The notes beneath the pieces are model-generated. The model worked only from the letters and a program-made list of their open reading frames with translations. It made no database searches and had not been told where the DNA came from. Below, one piece after another: positions 1 to 9,899 of a DNA stretch of 64,000 bases. This DNA is from Ylistrum balloti (lineage: Eukaryota). Each line of letters begins with the position of its first letter. Position 1 is the first letter of the stretch. The stretch is from positions 1 through 64,000 of the forward strand of contig NW_026782189.1 in NCBI RefSeq assembly GCF_031769215.1, written 5' to 3'. Both the position numbers and the translations under genes were made by a program.

Positions 1-31
1 AAATATCAATTTGCATGAGTCATCGCTAACA

Positions 32-2828
32 ATGACGTCGCAGAAAAGCCCTCCAGAACAGCCAATCAAGGTTAGCTATACAGACAGACTTGACCCGATT
101 ACTTTGGCACGTTATAGAGAGAAAATTAAACTAGTAGACCATTTAGATCCGTATGAAGTGAAGAAAAGCGACTGGCGTTCAGATCCTGATGGTCTTCCAG
201 ATGTGACGTACCCAGACATCGTTAATTACTTGGTCCACACTCAGAGTGCCTACACATTGCAGGATTTGAAAGCTTACAAGTCCCTGGAATCCTACAACCA
301 GTTTGTTTGCGGTTGGGTGAAGGATGTCGGCCACATTTCATCGTTCGTTACGAAGAACATTCTGATGTCTGCAAAGGTGTGTAGTACTACTTACTGTACT
401 GTCCTGATCATAACTTATGCTTGATTTGATCGATTAATGGGGGCTTATAACGTCATTGTTCCGGTTATGACCGAGCCTAGAAATAATCAAAACTAAACCC
501 CCCCTACTGTAGGCTGCCCGTTTATAAATACGATCTTCAAACGACAATGTTTACACTGTCCTAGTAAAATGACCCACGTAAAGCGTAGGCATGAGTAACT
601 TGAGTTAACTGAACTTGACCAGATGTATAACATACTCTGTGTTATAACCGTAGATTATGCCAGAAGTTATAAATAAAAAATTGAGAAAAAATATTGTGAT
701 ATTAAGACTAGAATTCAGATGAAGTATAATGTTATAACAAAAAGTAGGCTTGATTGAATAGAATCTAGTGTTAAAGTATTTTCAATAAAGAAATTTTGGT
801 GGGCCTAGTATGAAAGGGTGCTAAATTATATAGGCCTATATAAAAAAAGCATTATCATAATATTTTAAACTTAATGAGTTTATCTATTTAATTTTGTCCT
901 CATACAAGTATGTAATGGACTGTGAGAAATACTGCAAATCTTTCATTTAATTAATTTTGTTTAATTACTTATTTATTATCTATCTATTTTTATTTTTTTT
1001 TTGGAGGGAGTTCTAGAGCAAGTCTTTCTTCTTATATCCCTGCCATAATTTTACCCATGGCCGTCATGTCGTGAAATCAAATTGATCCTCTTTTATTTCC
1101 TTTTTACTTTTAATTCACATGGGGCGGCGGCAGCATTCATATCTCAGACATTTTCTGTATTTTATTCTTGATGTATGAATTATCTGCCCTGAATATGAGG
1201 TAGCAGTGTGCTAGCTTAATTGAAAAATCAATATCCTGTTTTCATTTCAATATATCCTTTATATGAGTTTAATGTATTTGTTTTAGGTACGCCACTCCCA
1301 GAGGATGAATGAAGCGCCACTTCAACCATGGGTCATAGCCAATTCCGATGGAACAATTCTTGCTGCACACTGTACATGCATGGCTGGCTTGGGGGAAACC
1401 TGCACCCATGTTGGAGCATTGCTGTTCTGGATAGAGGCTGCAGTGAAGATCCGCAATTCTAAGACAGTGACACAGTCCCCTGCTTACTGGCTGCTTCCAT
1501 CAGGGATACAAAAGGTTACATACGATGAAGTCAGAGATATCGATTTCACCTCAGCCTCTACAAAAAAGTGCAGACTAGACGAGAGTATCACAACTCCACC
1601 AACTCCAACAACTCCAACCCTGAGGGCAGCTCGTAGGAATGATGTACCAACCCCTTCCAAAGATGAAGTGAATGGCTTCCTGCGGAGGTTACATGAGAGC
1701 CAGTCAAAGTCTGTATTGTTGTCTCTGATGCCAGGCTATGCTGAACACTTCAAACCTGCCTCACTGAGTGTACATCTTCCCAAAGTGCTCTCAGAGTTGT
1801 ACAATGAGGAGTATGTTGGAATGACTGAAGATGAACTTCACAACCAGTGTGACATCATCTTCGATGACATCATAGTAACAGCATCCCAGGCAGCAGCTGT
1901 GGAGGAGAGAACTCGCAGTCAGGCAAGCAGTAAAGATTGGTTTCGGTTCAGGAGTGGGAGAATCACTGCGTCCCGTCTTCATGCTGTTTGCCATACCAAT
2001 CCAGAGAAGCCATCGCTAAGTGTCATCAAGTCAGTTTGCTATCCAGAAAGTTTAAAATTTAGAAGCAAGGCCACAGACTGGGGATGTCAACATGAAAAAT
2101 CAGCCATTGATGCATACATCAAGAAAACAACAGCAGACCATCAAGACATGCATCACAGCAAGTGCGGACTTACAATTGATACCCGGTCCCCTTTCCTTGG
2201 AGCAACACCAGACCTCCTAGTTTCATGTGCCTGTTGTGGAAATGGATGTGTGGAGGTCAAGTGCCCATACAGCTGCAAAGGGAAGGACTTGTCTAATCTC
2301 AACAAGGACTTTTGCCTGGAGAAGATTGGAGATGATCTACGACTAAAGAGGAATCACCCATACTATTCCCAGGTTCAAGCTCAGATTTTCATTTGCGAGA
2401 AGGACTTTTGTGATTTTGTTGTATGGACACATAAAGCCATCCACATAGAGAGAATTCAGCCAGACTTGGACTTTTGGGAGGAAGCAAGGGGGAAAGCAGA
2501 GAAGTTTTTTAAAAGTGCTGTTCTTCCAGAGTTACTGTGTAAGCATTACTCTAAACCTGTACTTTCAACACAACTTCAGAAAGTTGAAACTGCCAACACA
2601 TTGACACCAACACCGACAGTGGATGCAAATGGTGATGATGAGACAATCTGCATTTGCAGAAAACCCTATGATGACACAGAGGATAGAGTTATTGGCTGTG
2701 ACAACCAGAACTGTTCCTATAAATGGCTTCACTTTAAATGTGTGAACTTAAAGCGTGCCCCAAGGAAGAATGCAGAATGGTTCTGTCCAGAATGCAGGAA
2801 GCTACCAGTCTTCAGCAGGAAAAAATAG
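32..2828 (+). CDS. Transposon accessory protein with SWIM zinc finger, YqaJ (lambda-exonuclease fold) domain and C-terminal PHD finger, about 628 aa
   Basis: Two exons, 32-376 and 1287-2828, joined by a GT-AG phase-0 intron (junction ...SAK|VRHSQRMNE). SWIM motif CTCMAGLGETCTH; YqaJ motifs RITAS, GATPD, VEVKCPY, YYSQVQAQ; PHD CICRK...IGCDNQNC..KWLHFKC...WFCPEC. Confidence 0.88.
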
Positions 2829-3526
2829 TTCAGTGTCACATAACATATTGGATGCAGACTTCAGGATTCCACTAACTGTTTATAACTTAAACTGTGATTT
2901 AAAGTGTTACCACTTCGAACTTTACACAGAAGTTAATTTGCTTTGTTCTTTAAAATTCTAAATTTATTTACATAAAATGAATATTACCATCGATCACTAA
3001 GTGTAAATTTATTGTACATGTAAATATTAATCAATGTTAATGTTAATGTTACTTTGTTAATTCATGATACAGACTACTTTGTTTGATACTTGTATTTTGT
3101 ACAGATATTTTTCATTACTTTTGCTTGAATTTATCCATTAATTGAAACTGATGAATTGTTAAAATTTAACACGTAATATATCTCTGACTACATATATCCT
3201 CTTCACATTAACTACATGTTATGTATGTTAAAGTATCAGGTATAATGCACTTGCTGTTCTTCCCAAGTCTTTCAAAAAGTCCCAGTTATTATTTGCACTA
3301 TGTAGAAAATAGCTAGTAGAAAACTTGTAAATTTTATAAATTTTGTATATATATATATATATATATATTGTTTCATGGACATACTTAAACATGATGTTTT
3401 CAACAATGTTTCTTTTTCTTCTCAACCAAGGAAAAGCCGAGTTTTTCACAGCCAAAGTTTTTAAGTATTAAAATTGATGAAAGAGGAAAAGCGGGTACTG
3501 TATTGAAGATCTAAAGATTCCATATG

Positions 3527-3596
3527 TGATGATGATTGATGATGATGATGATTGCATTGACATATGTGATGATGATGATGATTGCAATGTTATATG

Positions 3597-3654
<58 letters not shown>

Positions 3655-3748
3655 ATTTTATAGAAAGTTTTTTTAATTGCTAAATTTGTATTTAACTTCT
3701 TAAACTAGATTGCATATGTAATGATGATGATGATTGAGATGATGATTG

Positions 3749-3786
<38 letters not shown>

Positions 3787-3995
3787 ATGAAATTTTATAG
3801 AAATTGTTGGCAAGTTTTTTTAATTGCTTTATTTGTATTAAACTTGTTAAAGTAGATTCCATATGTGATGATGATGATGATGATTGCAATGCCACATGTA
3901 ATGATGATTGTGATGATGATGATGATGAAATTTTATAGAAATTGTTGGCAAGTTTTTTTAATTGCTAAATTTGTATTAAACTTTTCAGACTAGAT
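3527..3995 (+). repeat. (GAT)n microsatellite embedded in three copies of a longer AT-rich unit
   Basis: Long GAT runs, each followed by GAAATTTTATAGAAA...TTTTTTAATTGCT..TTTGTATT.AAC (near 3652, 3789, 3926). Confidence 0.9.
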
Positions 3996-4280
3996 GGAAC
4001 GTAATATTTAATTGTGATTGTACATATGTATGGACTCTCCTTTTGAAATTAAATTGTTTGTATTTAAAGTTAAATTATTTGTGTCTGTCATTGTTTTCTC
4101 CAGTAGTATATTGTCATATTGTCATTGGTGTGATATGACAAAATGACAATACCTGATATACAATGTTTAGAAATACAAGCAGTTGTTTCCAATTATCAAG
4201 AGTTTCCAGGTGTATGTTTACATAATATACCTGGTAGACAAATTTATTTAGTTTGACTTAAGACCTAAGTCATTTTAATA

Positions 4281-4565
4281 GTCCCCTACTGGTGAAACCA
4301 GGGGGGACAATAGTGTTTATCTCTGTCAGTCTGTTTGTCTATATGTTGGTTTCCAGATGATAACTTGAGAACGGATTGATGGATTTGAATGAAACTTCAT
4401 ACAATGGTAGCTTATGAGGTGATGAATTATTTGATATGGTTTTGGGAAGAAAGGTCAACTATAAAGGTCACTGATACTAAAAACAGAAATTGTCGTATTG
4501 AAGTTGTGCAGATAAATACTGTAATTTATGGCAGGGGACATGTGTTGCATGCAACACTTACTGTA
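4281..4565. mobile_element. Short non-autonomous element with terminal hairpin (Helentron/HINE-like), nested in the ISL2EU
   Basis: Hairpin GTCCCCTACTGGTGAAACCAGGGGGGAC at 4281, then GTCAGTCTGTTTGTC simple repeat, ending near the palindrome GTGTTGCATGCAACAC. Family assignment is by resemblance only. Confidence 0.4.
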
Positions 4566-4761
4566 AGCTTGTTTTAATAAAAACAATTCAAAGCCATAAT
4601 AAATACTTGAAAATTAATTTATTGAAAATATATTAATATTTCCTCATGATTAACACTGGGATCATATACATTACATGGCAGTAATATTGAGTACAAAGGA
4701 CAGGTCTGCAGAAACAGAAACTACAAGTACCATCTATGTACATTTCGTGCTACGATTAATA

Positions 4762-5470
4762 CAGTCAAACCTGCTTTAGAGGACACCTGTCTATAAAGGA
4801 CAGTCTCAGGAACCCCAACAAGTTTTACTATATAATATACCTCTATATAGAGGACACTCTCTATAAAGGAGACTTAGAAATTCCCCCAAACACTATTTTC
4901 TATGTAAAATAACCTCTATTTAGAGGACAACAACATTTGAATATTCTGTGTACATGTAACTGTATCTAAATATATATATATCACTACAAGTGTTAGTTAT
5001 ATCATTTATAAGCACATTTTATAGTTTTCAAAGAAACAAGTAAACTCATAGATATGATAAAAATGAATGGTTTAAGTGTCATTGTTTACATATACACAAG
5101 AGAATTATCTAGTGTCAATGATTTGGAAGGGATGCTGTTGCTTTAAGTGTCTACAGACACAAATCATACACACTCATGTTCAAGAAAGGCTGATATTCAA
5201 CTTTTTGTTTTGATTGGTTATCATGTAGAAAAATACACAAAGTGGTTATCTTAATAACTAAACAAAGATGAGATTAAAATAAAATGTCATATAAAATATA
5301 TCAGGTTGTAGTAAGATTTCTCTTATACTTTAATACTTAATTAGGGACAGACAGGACTTATTTCTGAGAAAAACCTCTGTCTCCAAGTTTTGTATGGGTA
5401 TATAAAGGACACCTGTCTATAAGGGATACTTGTCATTTCCCCTCAGTGTCCTTTATACACAGTTTGACTG
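4762..5470. mobile_element. Tc1/mariner-pogo-type MITE (709 bp) with TA target duplication
   Basis: TA|CAGTCAAAC...GTTTGACTG|TA. Imperfect 25-bp TIRs (CAGTCAAAC N10 GGACAC at both ends); subterminal repeats AGGACACCTGTCTATAA near both ends; no ORF. Confidence 0.85.
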
Positions 5471-5697
5471 TACTTATAATCAGCATCATCATTTGAACAC
5501 AATATGGTTGCAAACAAATATTTAAATATAGAGTTATAAAATATTAATAATATATAATATTCTTAATATGGATTAATTATGATCCAGACAATGCTAAATC
5601 ATTCAGAAAAAAATGCCATATTCACTAATTTCAAGATTTCACATTCTTTTGACAAATACACTACTTTAAGTGTAAAATGTATGAAGTGTTTTCATTG

Positions 5698-7868
5698 TCA
5701 ATCAAAATTCACAATAGAACCACACAAGTTGGTCAAACTACAGCAAACAGTAACAATTTTGTCTACAGCTGGAACATCTCCTGTGCGCGCAATCAAATAG
5801 TCTACAGGTAAAGTATCTGAAAGAATTGTAAACTTGTTCCTAACCAGTCCAATCACGCGTTCCACATGAATGCGGACATGTGCAATGTTTCTTGTGGATT
5901 CTACCTCAAGTGCTGACAACTGGCTCTTTCCTTTAGTAAAACTTGGTATTTTAACCTCCGCACACATTACACCGACACTTTCCTGAATGTCGAAACCACG
6001 GTCAGCAAGTACGATATCTCCTGGAAGAAGTTTCTTTAAAAAGCCACTGTTTTCCACAATATACTTGTCACTACTGCGTCCTCCCCAAGCATTTGACAGA
6101 TAGGTTATACATCCTTGAGGGGCTATTCCAATTAATATTTTTACAGTATTATGGTGTTTATACGAAGACCATGTCTTTGCTCTTGCAAGAAGATTTGAAG
6201 GCCGCTCAATAAAGATTTCAAAACAATCAATGATAACAGCGACTTTCAAGCCAAAATGCTTCCTGAATTCCATGGGCATTGAAAGTCTCAGTTCCTCTCT
6301 CTCTGGCCAGTAAACAAACTCTCGCAGTCTAATGTATAAAACGTCCAATACAGTTAGGAATGTCCTTGATGCGGTGGGCTGTGAGATATTGAAGATATAT
6401 CCAAGAAACTGAAGGGAGAGTGTAAGTCGCAGTTTCATCAGAGTCATAATAAATCTCTGAAACTTTGAGAATGTCACACGGCCGCTATCTGGAATGTAAT
6501 CTTTCACAAAGTCAAACACAGTCATCAAAGTTAAAAATCCTGGAAGCCCTGTGAAGCAGTTTACCTTCTTGTCATTGTCTCTGAATGCATCCTCACTGAA
6601 TATCTGCCCTTCCAGGATATGTTGCCTTAATGTAAGGTTTTCTGTTGTCCGCTCCTGACACTCTGCATTTAACTTCTTCAACAATTCTTCCTTTTCCTGA
6701 CTTCTAACCTCCATTAGGTCTTTCGCTGATTCTGCAGGGAAGAGAGGTCCTAATTTGAAGAAGTGAACAGGTTTGTCATCTTTCTGAAGCCAATCACACA
6801 CCTGTGGCTGACTGTCTTGGACACTACATGTGGATAAATCCATTAAAGCTCTGGCAGCTAAATGCTGTTTCCGCTTGTCATCACGTTGGTTTGCCCGTTG
6901 GAAACGCTCACTCTGGCTGCTTGGAGTTGTTGGAGATGTCAACTTCCTATTCAACTTCAATGAGGGGACCCAGTCAGGATTTGCTTTATCAAAAATCTTT
7001 GATGGTTTACCTGCAAAAAAAAAAGAAAAATCTTAAAAAAAGGAATGGGATTAAAAATAATGAACTGGTTACAGAACTAAATACTTTTTTTTTCATCACA
7101 CTATTTATAGTGAGACAGGCCTGATAGTGTATGTATGTTACATGTACTTGAAGTTGACCTGGTTTTTATATATGATAAAAGAGATAATATAAGGACATGT
7201 TATGATCAAAGTATATTATCACGGACTTATAAATATAGATATAAGTCCGTGGTATTATTGATATCTTTAAAAGAATGCATCTACTACATACGTTGTAGTT
7301 ATACAAGATCGTACGTAACTACTAGTCGGTACTAGGCCTAGAGCCTAAATAAAGATATAAGATTATTTCCGGTACAGGACTCGTATGTTGTTCGAAAGCA
7401 CCACTAGGAATAAATCACTTCGAGTGAAGTAAAACACGTCATATAAATATTGGATAAAACAATAAGTTCAGATTTACAGGTATTTGCACCAAATGCCATG
7501 TTACAAAACTATCGCATGCTGTACTGTACTGTACGGTGTCTCATTATAAATGTGATTCGCATTATTAGTGCACGTTTCCAAAACTCGTGTGACTTTAAAT
7601 ATTTTATGTAGCTAAGTAGTAAATGAAATCAATTGATGTCAGTTTATCTACCTTCTAAAAAATGATCCGAGCACACTTTAGAATGGGTTGATGGCACGAA
7701 GTCCTTTCTGCCTATGGCCGCGATCCATTTTGTTCTTCTCTCTCTGCTGAGTTCTTCTGTCCATTTGTCCTCGTGGAGTCTTACAGTAGGGAATCCATAA
7801 AAACCACGCTTTGTTCCCCTGTCGTTCGCCCGATTCGTACAGCCGTACACTACGCAGGTGTGAACCAT
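5698..7868 (-). CDS. Harbinger/ISL2EU transposase (THAP + HTH_Tnp_4 + DDE_Tnp_4), about 509 aa
   Basis: Exons 7868-7652 and 7010-5698, GT-AG phase-1 intron. THAP: [10 protein letters not shown]...W...VCSDHF|GKPS...NPDWVPSL. Catalytic triad motifs IIDCFE, LADRGF, HVERVIG. No stops or frameshifts. Confidence 0.92.
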
Positions 7869-8016
7869 CGTCTGTTTGTTTACCAATATATTCAAATGTG
7901 CTTCGCTCGAATGACTGATTATTATCGCTTGACCCACAATATGGCGGAGGTCGCAAGATGCCCGGATGTGTGACGTCATGGGAATTCTATCTATTCTTTA
8001 GTTTCGTATTTTGACT

Positions 8017-9171
8017 GCGGTTTGACGATTTACAGAATCGGGCAGGATCGGACAGAATTGGGCAGAATCGGACTAGAATAGTGCCGTTTTAATGATTTTT
8101 GTGAATTTCTTTTGCATTGATATCATCATATGTTACACATTGTGAAAGGTTTTTAAGGAAAAATGAAGACGCATTACATAAAACACTCATTTCTGATTTG
8201 GTCGCGCAAGACCGAAAGACGATTTACAGGATCGGGCAGAATCGCGGTAGAATGGGTCCTACTTAAACCAGCCCGCAGACGAGGAATCTTAAGCCCCGCC
8301 CACTTCCCGTGGTGTTAATATGAAGAACCATAGACATATAATATATGGAAGAACTTAGCACTGCTGTCGCCGGGATGAAAAAATACCTGTGCTGTATGAA
8401 TAACTGCATAAATATATATAAAATAAATGTTAAATAAATCAACTTGAAATACAATTATATTAAATAATTGTTAATATCAAATGAATATTGACCAGATAAT
8501 TGGCTTACAAAAATATACCATGACTCATCATGGCGGGCGGCGCTGCTAACACGCTGTTACGAGAGGAAAATCGTATCGCGTATAACTTTCTTAATCAGCG
8601 AGAAATCACTTCGAAATTTTACAGATGGGATTAATTAAGTAAAAATAACCATTATAAAACTTTATTTCTTAACTATCGTATCCACAACGCCTGCGGGCGT
8701 CTAAGTATACTTGCGGGCGTCTGCGGGCTGGTTTATGCGGTTAGACGATTTACAGAATCGGGCAGGATCGGGCAGAATCGGACTAGAATAGTGCCGTTTA
8801 AATGATTTTCGTGAATTTCTTTTGCATTGATGTCATCATATGTTACACATTATGAAAGTTTTTTAGGGAAAAATGAAGACGTATTACATAAAACACTCAT
8901 TTCTGGTTTGGTCGCGCAAGACCGAAAGACGATTTGCAGGATCGGGCAGAAACGGGCGGTTTATATGTAGAATTTGGACATTAAATTGTTTTTAGTGTAA
9001 TTATTGTGGTGTTAAATGATATCAGTTAAAACATCATAATTTCATATCGATCAACAACGGCCAAAAAAAGTATTATGTTCTTTTCACATAACGTAATGTG
9101 CCGCACTGGACCGAAAGACGATTTGCAGGATCGGGCAGAATCGGGCGGTTTATATGTAGAATTTGGACATT
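8017..9171 (+). repeat. Dispersed direct-repeat complex: a ~220-bp block twice and a 63-bp block twice
   Basis: 8017-8244 is nearly identical to 8737-8954. 8920-8982 equals 9109-9171 with one mismatch. Shared motif GACGATTTRCAGRATCGGGCAG occurs at least five times. Confidence 0.9.
8264..8735. mobile_element. Small non-coding TIR element (MITE-like)
   Basis: Perfect 18-bp inverted repeats TAAACCAGCCCGCAGACG (8264-8281) and CGTCTGCGGGCTGGTTTA (8718-8735). The outer TA may be a TSD. TGCGGGCGTCT is reiterated inside the right end. Confidence 0.7.
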
Positions 9172-9382
9172 GGTTGATTTGTAAATTCATAGGTTAATTA
9201 TAAAATATATCATAGAAAATTGATAATACCTTTTTGTGCTGTGTTAACAATTTTGGAAATCCCCCGCACCCCCACTATAGTAAAGAATAGTGACTATACA
9301 CTTGGTAATAATGTTGTCGGCAGCATGTGAAATAAGTCGGGGATGTTTCCCTTTCAGTTTTATTATTAAGTGATATAATGTA

Positions 9383-9502
9383 GAAAGCCATCTGCTACGG
9401 TGATAATGTCCTGATAATGCTGCTAATTAAGTAACATTATCAGGGATATCTCACCGCATTGCCCAGGTCTCGGGATCGTGGACCCTGCTTTCATGGAGAC
9501 CT
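9383..9502 (-). ncRNA. HDV-like (delta-like) self-cleaving ribozyme
   Basis: Minus-strand fold: P1 AGGUCUC(9502-9496)/GAGACCU(9471-9465); J1/2 CAU; P2 GAAAGCA(9492-9486)/UG[G]CUUUC(9390-9383); P3 GGG/CCC; L3 UCCACGAU; P1.1 CC/GG followed by GCAA; long P4 UGCGGUGA..CCUGAUAAUG/CAUUAUCAGG..UCACCGUA; J4/2 G-C-A-G-A with the catalytic-equivalent C at 9394. Confidence 0.85.
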
Positions 9503-9560
9503 TTTTGGGGGGGGTGGGGGTGTTTTTTTTTTTTTTTTTTTTTTTATTTTGTATTTATGT

Positions 9561-9899
9561 CTACCTGTACCCAAACAACACTCTACAAATATCATGATAA
9601 TACTTCGCTAGTCCTTTGTCATTGAAGTGGACAAGGTCTGTCGTATACATCGCTGGATACGGAATGTTCATTTTTACTACACTGTCCTTGAAAATCTTGA
9701 ATAGTTTCTTGTTCACTGACGACTGCTGGCGTTTGAAATGTTGCATGGATAAGCCACCCCTGAATTTACCCCGCGCTACAATTTCCTGAATTAGAACTGT
9801 CTTCACGCCTGACGCTTCAATAACATCTACTAAAAGCGAGTTGGCGCCATGATAAGAAGGTAGTCTGGTGGCTTGGTTTGAATTATCAACTAACAGCAC
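9561..9899 (-). pseudogene. C-terminal fragment resembling an SGNH/GDSL hydrolase
   Basis: 112-aa open frame with a block-V-like motif DLVHFNDKG.AKYY and an upstream VLIQEIVARG...VNKKL pattern. No N-terminal GDS block and no usable ATG at the start. The stop is followed by an AATAAA running into A23 (9545-9523). Confidence 0.45.

Larger units (their letters stand above)
1..7992. mobile_element. ISL2EU-type (PIF/Harbinger group) DNA transposon, left end outside the window
   Basis: Convergent pair of a YqaJ-exonuclease gene (+) and a THAP-HTH-DDE transposase gene (-), the gene pair characteristic of ISL2EU elements. Candidate right terminus ...TGACGTCATGGGAATTCTATCT ends at 7992, followed by AT (7993-7994, possible 2-bp TSD). 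The matching left TIR is not in the window, so the end is inferred. Confidence 0.8.

Noticed and set aside
11-31. TTG start for the first ORF, and 1305 as a separate gene start
   Set aside because: The eukaryotic gene starts at ATG 32 and splices 376 to 1287; the two ORFs are one gene.
6804-7124. Plus-strand ORFs 6804-7124, 6830-7036, 7678-7956 and 7773-7973
   Set aside because: Antisense shadows of the transposase exons with no recognisable motifs.
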